From an uncultured Actinomycetes bacterium (lineage in GTDB: Bacteria > Actinomycetota > Thermoleophilia > Solirubrobacterales > Solirubrobacteraceae): 40,000 nt of DNA. The notes below the pieces were generated by a model. That model ran no database searches. It saw only the letters and a list, made by a program, of their open reading frames with translations, and was not told where the DNA came from. Positions 7,845-16,642 of this stretch are shown here, in pieces (positions within the stretch are counted from its first letter, which is position 1; each line of letters opens with the position of its first letter). A program made the translations under genes and the position numbers. Where the stretch lies: contig CAWEBN010000005.1 of the NCBI GenBank assembly GCA_963807305.1, positions 1,152,401 through 1,192,400 of the forward strand, read 5' to 3'.

Positions 7845-9024
7845 CGCGACGTGCGCCGGGTGCGGGTGCGCCTGCGACGACATCGAAGCGACGGTCGCCG
7901 ACGGGCATCTGAGCGTGACGCGGACATGCGCGCTCGGCGACGCGTGGTTCGCCGGGCGGGCGGCCGCGCCCGTCGCGAGCATCGAGGGCCGCGAGGCGAG
8001 CGTCGAGGACGCGGCGGCGGCCGCGGCCGCGATCCTGCGCCAAGCGCGGGCGCCGCTCGTCTACGGCCTCGGGCAGGTGAGCATCGAGGCGCAGCGCCAA
8101 GCGGTCGGGCTCGCCGAGGCGGTCGGCGCGATCGTCGATCCGGGCGCCGGCGCGGGCGCGGGCCTCGCCTTCCAGGCGATCGGCTCGAGCACAGCCACCT
8201 TCGGAGAGATCCGCGACCGCGGCGGGCTCGTCGTCGTGTGGCGGGCGGACCCGGCACTCACCAACCCGCGCCTCTTGGGCCGGCTGCGCCTGGATCGCGC
8301 CGTCCGCGCGTCGCGGACGCTCATCGTCGTGGACGCGCAGAGCAGCGCCACCGCGGAGGAGGCCGATGCGTTCGTCGCGCTCGACGCAGCGCAGGACTTC
8401 GAGGCCCTGTGGGCGCTGCGCGCGCTTGTCGGGGACGCGCCGCTCGATCGCGACCGCGCGGGCGACCTCCCGCTCGACGCGCTCGGCGAGCTCGCCCAGC
8501 ACCTGTCCGGGGCCGCCCACGTGGCCTTCCTGCATGGCGCGCTCGACGAGCTCGGTGTGCTCGCGCTGGCCTCGCTCGTGCGCGACCTCAGCCGCGATCG
8601 CCACGCCGTCACGCTGGCGCTGCGAGGCGACGGCAACGCGCGCGGCGCCGAGGACGTCCTCGCCTGGCAGACGGGCTTCCCCGCGGCGGTGAGCTTCGCC
8701 CGCGGCCACCCCCGCGCGAACCCCGGCGAGTTCAGTGCGGCTGCGCTGCTCGAGCGCGGCGAGGTCGACGCCGCGCTCGTGATCGGCTGCGATGCGCTCG
8801 AGCGGCTGCCGGCCCTGCGCGAGCTGCCGGCGGTGGTCCTCGACGCGCGCGACACCGAGACGGCGAGGGCGGCGCGCGTGGCCTTCGCCACCGCAGCGGA
8901 CGGCGTCGACGTCGCGGGCACGGTCCACCGCATGGACGGCGTGCCGGTCCCGCTGCGCGCGCTGCTCGACGGCGACCGGCCGACGGCCGAGGACGTTTTG
9001 GCCGCGATCGCGGGGCGGCTGTGA
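7837..9024 (+). CDS. fhcB: Formyltransferase/hydrolase complex subunit B (FwdB/FmdB homologue)
   Basis: 395 aa from GTG 7837, with an 8-nt overlap with the upstream gene. It has the N-terminal Cys cluster ATCAGCGCACDD and a molybdopterin-oxidoreductase-like body. It precedes fhcA, fhcD and fhcC. Confidence 0.85.
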   Translation: MADATCAGCGCACDDIEATVADGHLSVTRTCALGDAWFAGRAAAPVASIEGREASVEDAAAAAAAILRQARAPLVYGLGQVSIEAQRQAVGLAEAVGAIVDPGAGAGAGLAFQAIGSSTATFGEIRDRGGLVVVWRADPALTNPRLLGRLRLDRAVRASRTLIVVDAQSSATAEEADAFVALDAAQDFEALWALRALVGDAPLDRDRAGDLPLDALGELAQHLSGAAHVAFLHGALDELGVLALASLVRDLSRDRHAVTLALRGDGNARGAEDVLAWQTGFPAAVSFARGHPRANPGEFSAAALLERGEVDAALVIGCDALERLPALRELPAVVLDARDTETARAARVAFATAADGVDVAGTVHRMDGVPVPLRALLDGDRPTAEDVLAAIAGRL

Positions 9025-10661
9025 TGCTGCGGCTCGCCGGCGGCAGCGTCTACGACCCCGCGAACGGCATCGCCGGCGAGGTGCGCGACGTCTGCGTGCA
9101 GGACGGCACGATCGTCGCCGACGTGCCCACGCACGCCCGGACGATCGACGCTCGCGGGATGGTCGTCATGCCAGGTGGGGTGGACATCCACGCCCACATC
9201 GCGGGGCCGACGGTCAACGCCGCGCGCAAGCTGCTGCCGGAGGAGCACCGCGCCGACGTCCTCGACCGCACAGCGATCAGCCGGGCGGGCACCGGCGGAA
9301 CCGTCCCCTCGACGTTCGCCACCGGTTACCGCTACGCGCTGCTGGGCTACACGACCGTGGTCGAGGCCGCGACGCCGCCGTTGGCGGCCCGACACACGCT
9401 CGCCGAGCTGCGCGATACCCCCGTCATCGACGCGCTCTTCCTCGTGCTCATGGGCAACAACCTGCCCATCTTCGAGCTCATCCGCTCCGAGCCGGCGCGC
9501 GTGCGCGAGGCGATCGCCTGGTGGCTGCAGGCCACCGGCGGCTACGGCGTCAAGCTCGTCAACCCGGGCGGCGTCGAGATGTGGAAGCGCAACAACGCCA
9601 ACGTGACCTCGCTCGACGACGACGGCCCCGGCGTCACGCCCCGGCAGGTCATCGAGACGATCGCGACCGCCGTCCACGACCTCGGGCTGCCGCACCCCGT
9701 CCATGTCCACTGCAACAACCTCGGCGTTTCCGGCAACTACCGAACCACGCTCGACACGCTGCACACCCTGGACGGCCGCCGCGCCCACCTCGCCCATCTG
9801 CAGTTCCACGCGTATGGCGGCAAGCCGGGCGGCCGGCCGCGCTCGCGCGCACCGGAGCTCGCCGAGTATCTGGGCGCGCACCCGGACCTGAGCGCCGATA
9901 TCGGGCAGGTGATGTTCGGGCCAGCGACGACGATGACCGCCGACGCGCCGGTCTCCGCGGTCCTGCGCGACATCACCCATGGCCGCTGGGTCAACGCCGA
10001 CACCGAGGCCGAGACCGGCTGCGGGATCGTCCCGTTCGCCTACCGGGAGAAGAACTACGTCCACGCGCTGCAGTGGGGCATCGGCCTCGAGCTCTTCCTG
10101 CTCAGCCGCGACCCGTGGCGGCTCGTGCTGTCGACCGATCACCCCAACGGCGGCTCGTTCCTCAGCTACCCGCGCCTCATCCGCCTGCTCATGGATCGCG
10201 AGTTCCGCAACGAGCAGATCGGCCGCGTGAACAAGCAGGCGATGAAACGCACCGTCCTCCTCGACGACCTCGACCGCGAGTACACGCTGGAGGAGATCGC
10301 GATCATCACGCGCGCCGGGCCGGCCCGCCTCCTGGGGCTGCGCGACAAGGGGCATCTCGGCGTGGGCGCTGACGCCGACATCACGATCTACGACGACCGC
10401 GCGGACCGCGAGGAGATGTTCGCCGCGCCGCGCTACGTCATCAAGGGCGGCTACCCGGTGGTGGAGGACGGCGAGCTGCGCGCCTCGGGCCCGGGCAATC
10501 TGCTGCGGGTCGGCGCCGAGTACGACTCGAGCATCGAGCCCACGCTCGAGAAGCTGTTCGAAGATCGCTACAGCGTGCGCTTCTCGAGCTATCCCGTGCG
10601 CGAGCCGTGGCTGCTCGAGCCCGCGCGCAGCGTCGCCGCACAGCCGCAGGGTTCGCGATGA
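9024..10661 (+). CDS. fhcA: Formyltransferase/hydrolase complex subunit A (FwdA-like amidohydrolase)
   Basis: 545 aa. ATG 9024 overlaps the fhcB TGA; GTG 9021 is an alternative. Amidohydrolase motifs PGGVDIHAHI, HVHCNNLG and STDHPNGG are present. Confidence 0.9.
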   Translation: MLRLAGGSVYDPANGIAGEVRDVCVQDGTIVADVPTHARTIDARGMVVMPGGVDIHAHIAGPTVNAARKLLPEEHRADVLDRTAISRAGTGGTVPSTFATGYRYALLGYTTVVEAATPPLAARHTLAELRDTPVIDALFLVLMGNNLPIFELIRSEPARVREAIAWWLQATGGYGVKLVNPGGVEMWKRNNANVTSLDDDGPGVTPRQVIETIATAVHDLGLPHPVHVHCNNLGVSGNYRTTLDTLHTLDGRRAHLAHLQFHAYGGKPGGRPRSRAPELAEYLGAHPDLSADIGQVMFGPATTMTADAPVSAVLRDITHGRWVNADTEAETGCGIVPFAYREKNYVHALQWGIGLELFLLSRDPWRLVLSTDHPNGGSFLSYPRLIRLLMDREFRNEQIGRVNKQAMKRTVLLDDLDREYTLEEIAIITRAGPARLLGLRDKGHLGVGADADITIYDDRADREEMFAAPRYVIKGGYPVVEDGELRASGPGNLLRVGAEYDSSIEPTLEKLFEDRYSVRFSSYPVREPWLLEPARSVAAQPQGSR

Positions 10662-11548
10662 AGCTGCACGGCGCCGAGATCGTGGACACCTTCGCCGAGG
10701 CCTTCCCGATGTGGGGCGCGCGCGTGGTGATCACGGCGGCGACGCCGGCCTGGGCGCTGGAGGCGGGCCGCTCGATGACCGGCTTCGCGACGTCGGTGAT
10801 CGGCTGCAAGTGCGAGGCGAGCATCGAGCGCACGCTCGACGCCGACGAGACGCCCGACGGGCGGCCGGGGGTCACCGCGCTGCTCTTCGCGATGGACCAG
10901 GAGGGCGTCGGCAAGCGGCTCGTCGAGCGGGTGGGACAGACCGTGCTGACGTGTCCCACGACGGCGTGCTTCAACGGCCTGGACGCCGAGGACACCGTCG
11001 ACGTCGGGGGCCAGCTGCGGTTCTTCGGGGACGGCTACCAGGCCAGCAAGGTCCTCGACGGGCGCCGGTACTGGCGCGTGCCGGTGATGGAGGGCGAGTT
11101 CCTCGTGCAGGAGCGCTTCGGCGTGGTCGAGGGCGTCGCCGGCGGCAACATCATCATCTTCGCGCGCGACCACGCGACGGCCCTGCGCGCTGCGCAGGCG
11201 GCCGCGAGTGCCATGCGCGAGGTCGAGGGCGCGATCATGCCGTTTCCTGGCGGTATCGCCCGCAGCGGGAGCAAGGTCGGCTCGCGCTACGGCGCGCTGC
11301 CGGCGTCGACGAACGACGCGCTGTGCCCGACGCTGCGCGGGCAGGTCGAGCACACCGACGTGCCGCCCGACGTCGAGTCGGTCTTCGAGATCGTCATCGA
11401 CGGGCTCGCGCTCGAGCCCGTGCGCGAGATGATGCGGCGCGGGCTCGTGGCCGCCGCGGAGGCCGGCGCCAGCCACGTCACCGCGGGCAACTACGGCGGC
11501 AACCTCGGGCCGCACCACATCCATCTCCGTGAGCTCGTGCAGGCGTAG
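10658..11548 (+). CDS. fhcD: Formylmethanofuran:tetrahydromethanopterin formyltransferase (Ftr)
   Basis: 296 aa with an ATGA overlap with fhcA. IVDTFAEAFPMWGARVVITA, GFATSVIGC and FFGDGYQ are typical Ftr/FhcD. Confidence 0.9.
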   Translation: MKLHGAEIVDTFAEAFPMWGARVVITAATPAWALEAGRSMTGFATSVIGCKCEASIERTLDADETPDGRPGVTALLFAMDQEGVGKRLVERVGQTVLTCPTTACFNGLDAEDTVDVGGQLRFFGDGYQASKVLDGRRYWRVPVMEGEFLVQERFGVVEGVAGGNIIIFARDHATALRAAQAAASAMREVEGAIMPFPGGIARSGSKVGSRYGALPASTNDALCPTLRGQVEHTDVPPDVESVFEIVIDGLALEPVREMMRRGLVAAAEAGASHVTAGNYGGNLGPHHIHLRELVQA

Positions 11549-11551
11549 GCG

Positions 11552-12421
11552 ATGGCGCTGACGCTGACCTTGCGCGAGCAGCCGGCGGTGGCGCTCGAGA
11601 CGGACGGGCTGTGCCCCGACCGTCTCGCCGGCGCCAGCCGCGAGGAGATCGAGGGCCTGCCGGTGTGGCACGGCAACGAGCGCACGCGCCTGGGCGAGTT
11701 CTTCGCGGTCTCCGGCAGCGGCGACGACGTGCGCCTCGAGGGCGACCTGGGCCGCGTGAAGTTCATCGGTGCCGGGATGAGCGCGGGTCGGCTGACCGTC
11801 GCGGGCGACGTGGGGATGCACGTCGGGGCGGGCATGAGCGGCGGCGAGCTGCACGTCGAGGGGGACGCCGGCGACTGGGCCGGGGCGGGGATGCACGGCG
11901 GGCAGCTCGTCGTGCGCGGCTCCGCGGGACGGCAGCTCGGTGGCGTCTATCCGGGCGAGCGGGCGGGCATGCGCGGCGGCGAGATCGTCGTCCACGGCGA
12001 CGCGGGCGCGCAGGCCGGCGCCGGGCTGCGGCGCGGCCTCATCGCGGTCGCCGGGCGCGTAGGTGACGCCGCCGGTCTGCGCATGCTGGCGGGGACGATC
12101 GTGGCGCTCGGCGGGCTCGGTGCCCGGGCGGGGGCCGGGATGCGGCGCGGCTCGATCGTCAGCATGGCGCCGGCGATGCCGCCGGCGACCTTCGTCTTCT
12201 CCTGCGCGTACCGCCCGCCGTTCCTCGCGCTGTACCTGCGCCGGCTGCGCTCGCTCGGCCTGGCCGTGAGCGACGAGCAGCTCGAGGGTCGCTACGCGCG
12301 CTGGTGCGGCGACGGCCTGGACCTGCGCCGTGGCGAGATCCTGATCCTGTCTGCGCCGGCCGGAGGCCGAGCGCTGCCATCCGATCGCGGGGCCGGACGC
12401 CCCGCGGAGGTGATCAAATGA
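11552..12421 (+). CDS. fhcC: Formyltransferase/hydrolase complex subunit C (FwdC-like beta-helix)
   Basis: 289 aa. Repeated G-x-x-G-x-x-M-x-GG beta-helix turns (GAGMSAGRLTVAGDVG, GAGMSGGELHVEGDAG, GAGMHGGQLVVRGSAG) are typical of FwdC/FhcC. Confidence 0.85.
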   Translation: MALTLTLREQPAVALETDGLCPDRLAGASREEIEGLPVWHGNERTRLGEFFAVSGSGDDVRLEGDLGRVKFIGAGMSAGRLTVAGDVGMHVGAGMSGGELHVEGDAGDWAGAGMHGGQLVVRGSAGRQLGGVYPGERAGMRGGEIVVHGDAGAQAGAGLRRGLIAVAGRVGDAAGLRMLAGTIVALGGLGARAGAGMRRGSIVSMAPAMPPATFVFSCAYRPPFLALYLRRLRSLGLAVSDEQLEGRYARWCGDGLDLRRGEILILSAPAGGRALPSDRGAGRPAEVIK

Positions 12422-13377
12422 CGCTTTCGCTCAACGACCGCGCCCTCGAGCTCGCCGACCGGCTGGCGGACGATGCCGAGGCGCTGGGCGTGGCGGTCGC
12501 AACGCTGTCCAACGGGACGCGCGTCATCGACTGCGGCGCGCAGGCCGCGGGCGGCTTCGACGCGGGGCGGCGCTTCGCCGAGATCTGCATGGCGGGGCTG
12601 GGGACGGTCGCCTATGCGCCGCTGGTGCTCGACGGCCGCTGGCTGCCTGGGCTCACGGTGACCACCGACCGCCCCGCGGTCGCCTGCCTGGCGTCGCAGT
12701 ACGCCGGCTGGCGCCTCGACCGCGAGGGCTACTTCGCGATGGGCAGCGGGCCGGGACGCGCGCTGATCCGCGCCGAGGACCTCTACGACGACCTCGGCTG
12801 GGACGAGGACGCGAGCGCAGCGGTGCTGTGCCTGGAGACGCGCGAGCAGCCGCCGGCGGAGGTCGCGGATTTCGTCGCGGAGCGCGCGGGCGTGGCCGCC
12901 TCGGCACTGACCCTGCTGATCGCGCCGACGGCGAGCGTGGCCGGCGGCGTGCAGATCGCGGCGCGGGTCGTCGAGACGGCGCTGCACAAGCTCCACGAGG
13001 TCGACTTCGACGTGCGGCGAGTCGTCGCCGGCTTCGGCAGCTGCCCGCTGCCGCCGGTGGCGGGCGACGACATGGCGGCGCTCGGGCGCACCAACGACGC
13101 CGTGCTCTACGGCGGCCAGGTCCACCTCACCGTCGAGGCCGAGGAGGACGAGGACGACGCGCTACGCGACCTGGTGCAGCGGCTCCCCGCCTCCGCCTCT
13201 TCGGACTACGGCGAGCCTTTCGGCAAGGTGCTCAAGGACGCGGACTTCGACTTCTACAAGATCGACCCGCTGCTCTTCAGTCCCGCGCAGATCCGGCTCA
13301 CGAGCGTGGCGAGCGGCCGCAGCTTCGAGGCGGGCGCGGTCAACCTCGAGGTGCTGGAGCGCTCCTTCTGGGGCTGA
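12418..13377 (+). CDS. mch: Methenyl-tetrahydromethanopterin cyclohydrolase
   Basis: 319 aa with an ATGA overlap with fhcC. LNDRALELA, CLASQYAGW, GSGPGRAL and the C-terminal FYKIDPLLFSPA match the Mch family. Confidence 0.9.
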   Translation: MTLSLNDRALELADRLADDAEALGVAVATLSNGTRVIDCGAQAAGGFDAGRRFAEICMAGLGTVAYAPLVLDGRWLPGLTVTTDRPAVACLASQYAGWRLDREGYFAMGSGPGRALIRAEDLYDDLGWDEDASAAVLCLETREQPPAEVADFVAERAGVAASALTLLIAPTASVAGGVQIAARVVETALHKLHEVDFDVRRVVAGFGSCPLPPVAGDDMAALGRTNDAVLYGGQVHLTVEAEEDEDDALRDLVQRLPASASSDYGEPFGKVLKDADFDFYKIDPLLFSPAQIRLTSVASGRSFEAGAVNLEVLERSFWG

Positions 13378-14273
13378 CCGTCGCGATCCTGGGGTCGAGC
13401 GGCGGCTGGCACGCGCAGCAGCTCACCGATGCGCTCGCGGCGCGGGGCCACGAGCATCGCCTCGTGCCGGTGACGCGCATGCTCGGGCGCATCGACGGTG
13501 ACGTCGCGATGCGCAGCCGCGACGTGTCGCTCGACGGCTGCGACGCCGTGGTCGTTCGCGGCATACCGCGCGGATCGCTCGAGCAGGTCATCTTCCGCGT
13601 CGACGCTCTGCACGTACTCGAGGCGCGCGGCGTCACCTGCGTCAACGGCCCGCGCGCGCTCGAGCGCACCGTCGACAAGTTCCTCGCCTCGGCGCTGTTG
13701 GCGCGCGCGGGCGTGCCGACGCCCCGGACGGTCGCCTGCGAGCGCCTCGACGATGCGCTCGCGGCCTTCGAGGAGCTCGGCGGCGACGTCATCGTCAAGC
13801 CCTTGTTCGGCTCCATGGGTGCGGGGATGACGCGCGTGGACGATGCCGACGTCGCCCACCGCGTCTTCCATGCGCTGGAGCTCGAGCGTGCCGTCTACTA
13901 CCTCCAGGAGACACTGCCGCACGACGGCCGCGACCTGCGCGCGCTGGTCGTCGGCGGCCGGGTGCTCGCGGCGATCGAGCGGGTCGGCTCGGGATGGCGC
14001 GCGAACCTCGCGCGCGGCGCACAGGCGCGAACCACGCAGTTGAGCCCCGACCAGGAGCGCCTGTGCCTGGAGGCCGCGGAGGTGCTCGGCGTCGACTACG
14101 CGGGCGTCGATGTGCTGCGGGCCGCCGACGGACGCGACTATGTGCTCGAGCTCAACGGGATCCCTGGCTGGCGCGGGCTCCAGGAGGCCACGGGCGCCGA
14201 CGTGGCCGCGGCGCTCGTCGCGCACCTCGAGGCGCTGGTCAGCGAAGCTCCGCCAGCTCGCGCGGGCCGATGA
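13368..14273 (+). CDS. mptN: RimK-type ATP-grasp ligase (tetrahydromethanopterin:alpha-L-glutamate ligase MptN-like)
   Basis: LTVAILGSSGGWHAQQLTDALAARGHE aligns by eye with the RimK N-terminus MKIAILS...; DVIVKPLFGSMGAGM and VLELNGIPGW match the ATP-grasp core. There is no ATG/GTG/TTG near this N-terminus. Start candidates are CTG 13368 (GGAG 8 nt upstream) and CTG 13374 (CTGA overlap with the mch stop). Confidence 0.75.
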   Translation: MGLTVAILGSSGGWHAQQLTDALAARGHEHRLVPVTRMLGRIDGDVAMRSRDVSLDGCDAVVVRGIPRGSLEQVIFRVDALHVLEARGVTCVNGPRALERTVDKFLASALLARAGVPTPRTVACERLDDALAAFEELGGDVIVKPLFGSMGAGMTRVDDADVAHRVFHALELERAVYYLQETLPHDGRDLRALVVGGRVLAAIERVGSGWRANLARGAQARTTQLSPDQERLCLEAAEVLGVDYAGVDVLRAADGRDYVLELNGIPGWRGLQEATGADVAAALVAHLEALVSEAPPARAGR

Positions 14274-14970
14274 GGGCGCGGTGCAGCGCGGTCGCGACGA
14301 GCGCGCCGGCGGCGCCGGCGGCGTCGAGCGCCCGCAGGTCCTCGACGCTGCGCACGCCGCCGCCGGCCAGCAGCTCGAGGTCCGGGAAGGCGGCGTGGAG
14401 CTCGGCCATCAGCGCGACGTCCGGGCCCTCGCCGCTGCCCACGCGCGCCAGATCGAGCACGATCGCCTCGCGCAGGCCGGCGCGCTGCAGGCGCGCGAAG
14501 ACGTCCAGCGCGCTGCGCCCCGCGAGCCGCGCGTCGGCCGACAGCACGCGGCCGTCGCGCAGGTCGACGCTGAGCACGAGGGCGCCGTCGGGCAGCTCCG
14601 CGAGCAGGCGGTCGAGCGCGTCGGCACCGGTCAGCGTCTCCGTCCCGACGATGACGCGGTGCGCGCCGAGGTCCAGCAGCGCCTGCGCCCGCGCCGGCTC
14701 GCTGACGCCGGCGTCGACCATGATGCGGGCCTCGCGCGCCAGTGCGCCGATGGTCGCGCTGTTCTCCCCGGCCCCGACGATGGCGTCGAGGTCGGCGACG
14801 TACAGCTCGTCCAGCCCCAGGTCGGCGCGGAACCCGCGGGCGAGGGCGAGCGCGTCGCCGTCGTCGCCGCTGCCGATGACGCTGCGAACCGGGCGATAGC
14901 GTTCGCGCTCGCCGCGCACGGCGTGAACCGCCGTGCCGTCCTTGAGATCGATGACTCCGACCACGCGCAT
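14239..14970 (-). CDS. HisA/HisF-family TIM-barrel protein associated with H4MPT biosynthesis
   Basis: 243 aa from ATG 14970. VIDLKDGTAVHAV, LYVADLDA and GGGVRSVEDL are HisA/HisF-like motifs. Its 3' end overlaps the mptN 3' end by 35 nt. Confidence 0.7.
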   Translation of the reverse strand: MRVVGVIDLKDGTAVHAVRGERERYRPVRSVIGSGDDGDALALARGFRADLGLDELYVADLDAIVGAGENSATIGALAREARIMVDAGVSEPARAQALLDLGAHRVIVGTETLTGADALDRLLAELPDGALVLSVDLRDGRVLSADARLAGRSALDVFARLQRAGLREAIVLDLARVGSGEGPDVALMAELHAAFPDLELLAGGGVRSVEDLRALDAAGAAGALVATALHRALIGPRELAELR

Positions 14971-15988
14971 GCCAGCCACGGCGGCGGCCACGCTAGCAGT
15001 GGACATCGGTGGCGCGAACACCAAGGCCGCGCGGCTGGACGGGGAATCGCTGCGCACCGCCTCGCGCCCGTTCGAGGTCTGGCGCGATCGCGAGGCGCTG
15101 GCCGCGGTGCTGCGCGACGTCGCGGCCGACGTGGCCGCCGGTCCGGCAGACGCCGTGGCGATCACGATGACCGCCGAGCTGTCGGACGCGTTCCGGACCA
15201 AGCGCGAGGGGGTGGCCTTCGTGCTCGCGGCGGCGCAGGAGGCGCTCGGGGACCGGCCGCTGAGCGTGCTGACGACGGCCGGCGAGCTCGTGTCCGTGAC
15301 CGCGGCGCGGGCGCGGCCATGGGACGTCGCCGCCGCCAACTGGGTGGCCACGGCGCTGGCGGTCGCCGAGGAACACGACGACGCGCTGCTCATCGACGTC
15401 GGCAGCACGACCGCCGACATCGTCCCGATCGCGGATGGCAGGGTCGCCGCGACGGGCCACAACGACCTGGAGCGGCTCGTGGCCGGCGAGCTCGTCTACA
15501 CCGGCGTGCTGCGCACCAACCTCGCGGCGATCGCGCCGCGCGTACCCGTTCCAGGCGGCTGGTGCCCCGTGTCGTCGGAGTACTTCGCCATCAGCGGCGA
15601 CGTCCATCTCGTCCTCGGCCACCTGGCGCCGGACGCCTACGACTGCCCCACGCCCGACGGGCGCGCCGCCACGGTCGAGTTCGCCCGCGAGCGGATCGCC
15701 CGGCTCGTGTGCTCCGACGTCGAGCAGCTCGACGCCGCCGGGATCGACGCGATCGCGGCCTACCTCCACGGCGAACAGCTGCGGGTGCTCGAGGAGGCGG
15801 CGCGCCGGGTGCAGCGCACGCTCGCCCCCGGCGCCCCCGTCGTCCTGGCCGGCTCGGGCGCGTTCCTCGGGCGGGAGGTGGCCGCCCGCCTGCGGCGGGC
15901 CGTCGCCGACGCGCCATGGAGCGCGCCCGACGGCGAGATGGCGCCGGCCGCGGCGCTCGCGGCGCTGCTGGCGGCGCGCCTGTGCTGA
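14969..15988 (+). CDS. Hydantoinase/oxoprolinase-like H4MPT-linked C1-pathway protein (MfnF-like)
   Basis: ASKHA motifs LAVDIGGANTK and LLIDVGSTTADIVPI. The family is remembered as 'H4MPT-linked C1 transfer pathway protein'/MfnF. In-frame start candidates are GTG 14933, ATG 14951, ATG 14969 and GTG 14999. ATG 14969 shares a CATG with the divergent gene's start. Confidence 0.65.
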   Translation: MPATAAATLAVDIGGANTKAARLDGESLRTASRPFEVWRDREALAAVLRDVAADVAAGPADAVAITMTAELSDAFRTKREGVAFVLAAAQEALGDRPLSVLTTAGELVSVTAARARPWDVAAANWVATALAVAEEHDDALLIDVGSTTADIVPIADGRVAATGHNDLERLVAGELVYTGVLRTNLAAIAPRVPVPGGWCPVSSEYFAISGDVHLVLGHLAPDAYDCPTPDGRAATVEFARERIARLVCSDVEQLDAAGIDAIAAYLHGEQLRVLEEAARRVQRTLAPGAPVVLAGSGAFLGREVAARLRRAVADAPWSAPDGEMAPAAALAALLAARLC

Positions 15989-16620
15989 CCGTCGTGAAGG
16001 TCGGCGGCGGACTGGGCCGCGGAGCGGGCGACGACGCGCTGCGCGCGCTGTGCACCACCCTCGGCCGGCTGGGCGAGCGCCACCCGCTGCTCGTCGTTCC
16101 CGGCGGCGCCTGGTTCGCCGACGCCGTGCGCGAGGCCGACCGCCGCTTCGCGCTGCCCGCCACGACCTCCCACCACATGGCGGTCCTCGGCATGGAGCAG
16201 TTCGGCTGGCTGCTGAGCGAGCTGATCCCGGGGGCCGGGCGTTCCGCACAGGCACGCCTGGACCGCCCGGGAACCACCGTGCTGCTGCCCGCCGCGCTGA
16301 CGCTCGACGGGCTGCCCGCGTCGTGGCGGGTGACCTCCGACTCGATCGCGGCGTGGGTCGCGGGCCGGGCCGGCGCCGGCCGCCTCGTGCTCGTCAAGGA
16401 GGTCGACGGCCTGTTCGCGCGGTGGCCCGCGCACGGCGAGCCGATCGCCACGATGACGGCCGCCGAGCTCGCCGAGCTGCGGCCGGCGGGCGTCGACGAG
16501 CACCTGCCCGCGGTGCTCGAACGGGCGAGCTTCGAGACGTGGGTGATCAGCGGCCGCGAGCCCCAGCGCCTCGTGGAGCTGATCGAACGCGGCGCGACGA
16601 TGGGCACCCGGATCGCCTGA
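15982..16620 (+). CDS. Amino-acid-kinase-fold protein (aspartate/glutamate/uridylate kinase family, MfnE-like)
   Basis: 212 aa from GTG 15982, with a 7-nt overlap with the upstream stop. VVKVGGGL, LLVVPGGAWFAD and LVLVKEVDGLF are typical of the AAK fold. Assignment to methanofuran kinase MfnE is from memory and context. Confidence 0.6.
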   Translation: MLTVVKVGGGLGRGAGDDALRALCTTLGRLGERHPLLVVPGGAWFADAVREADRRFALPATTSHHMAVLGMEQFGWLLSELIPGAGRSAQARLDRPGTTVLLPAALTLDGLPASWRVTSDSIAAWVAGRAGAGRLVLVKEVDGLFARWPAHGEPIATMTAAELAELRPAGVDEHLPAVLERASFETWVISGREPQRLVELIERGATMGTRIA

Positions 16621-16642
16621 GCGCGCTTGCTACCGTGGCGCT

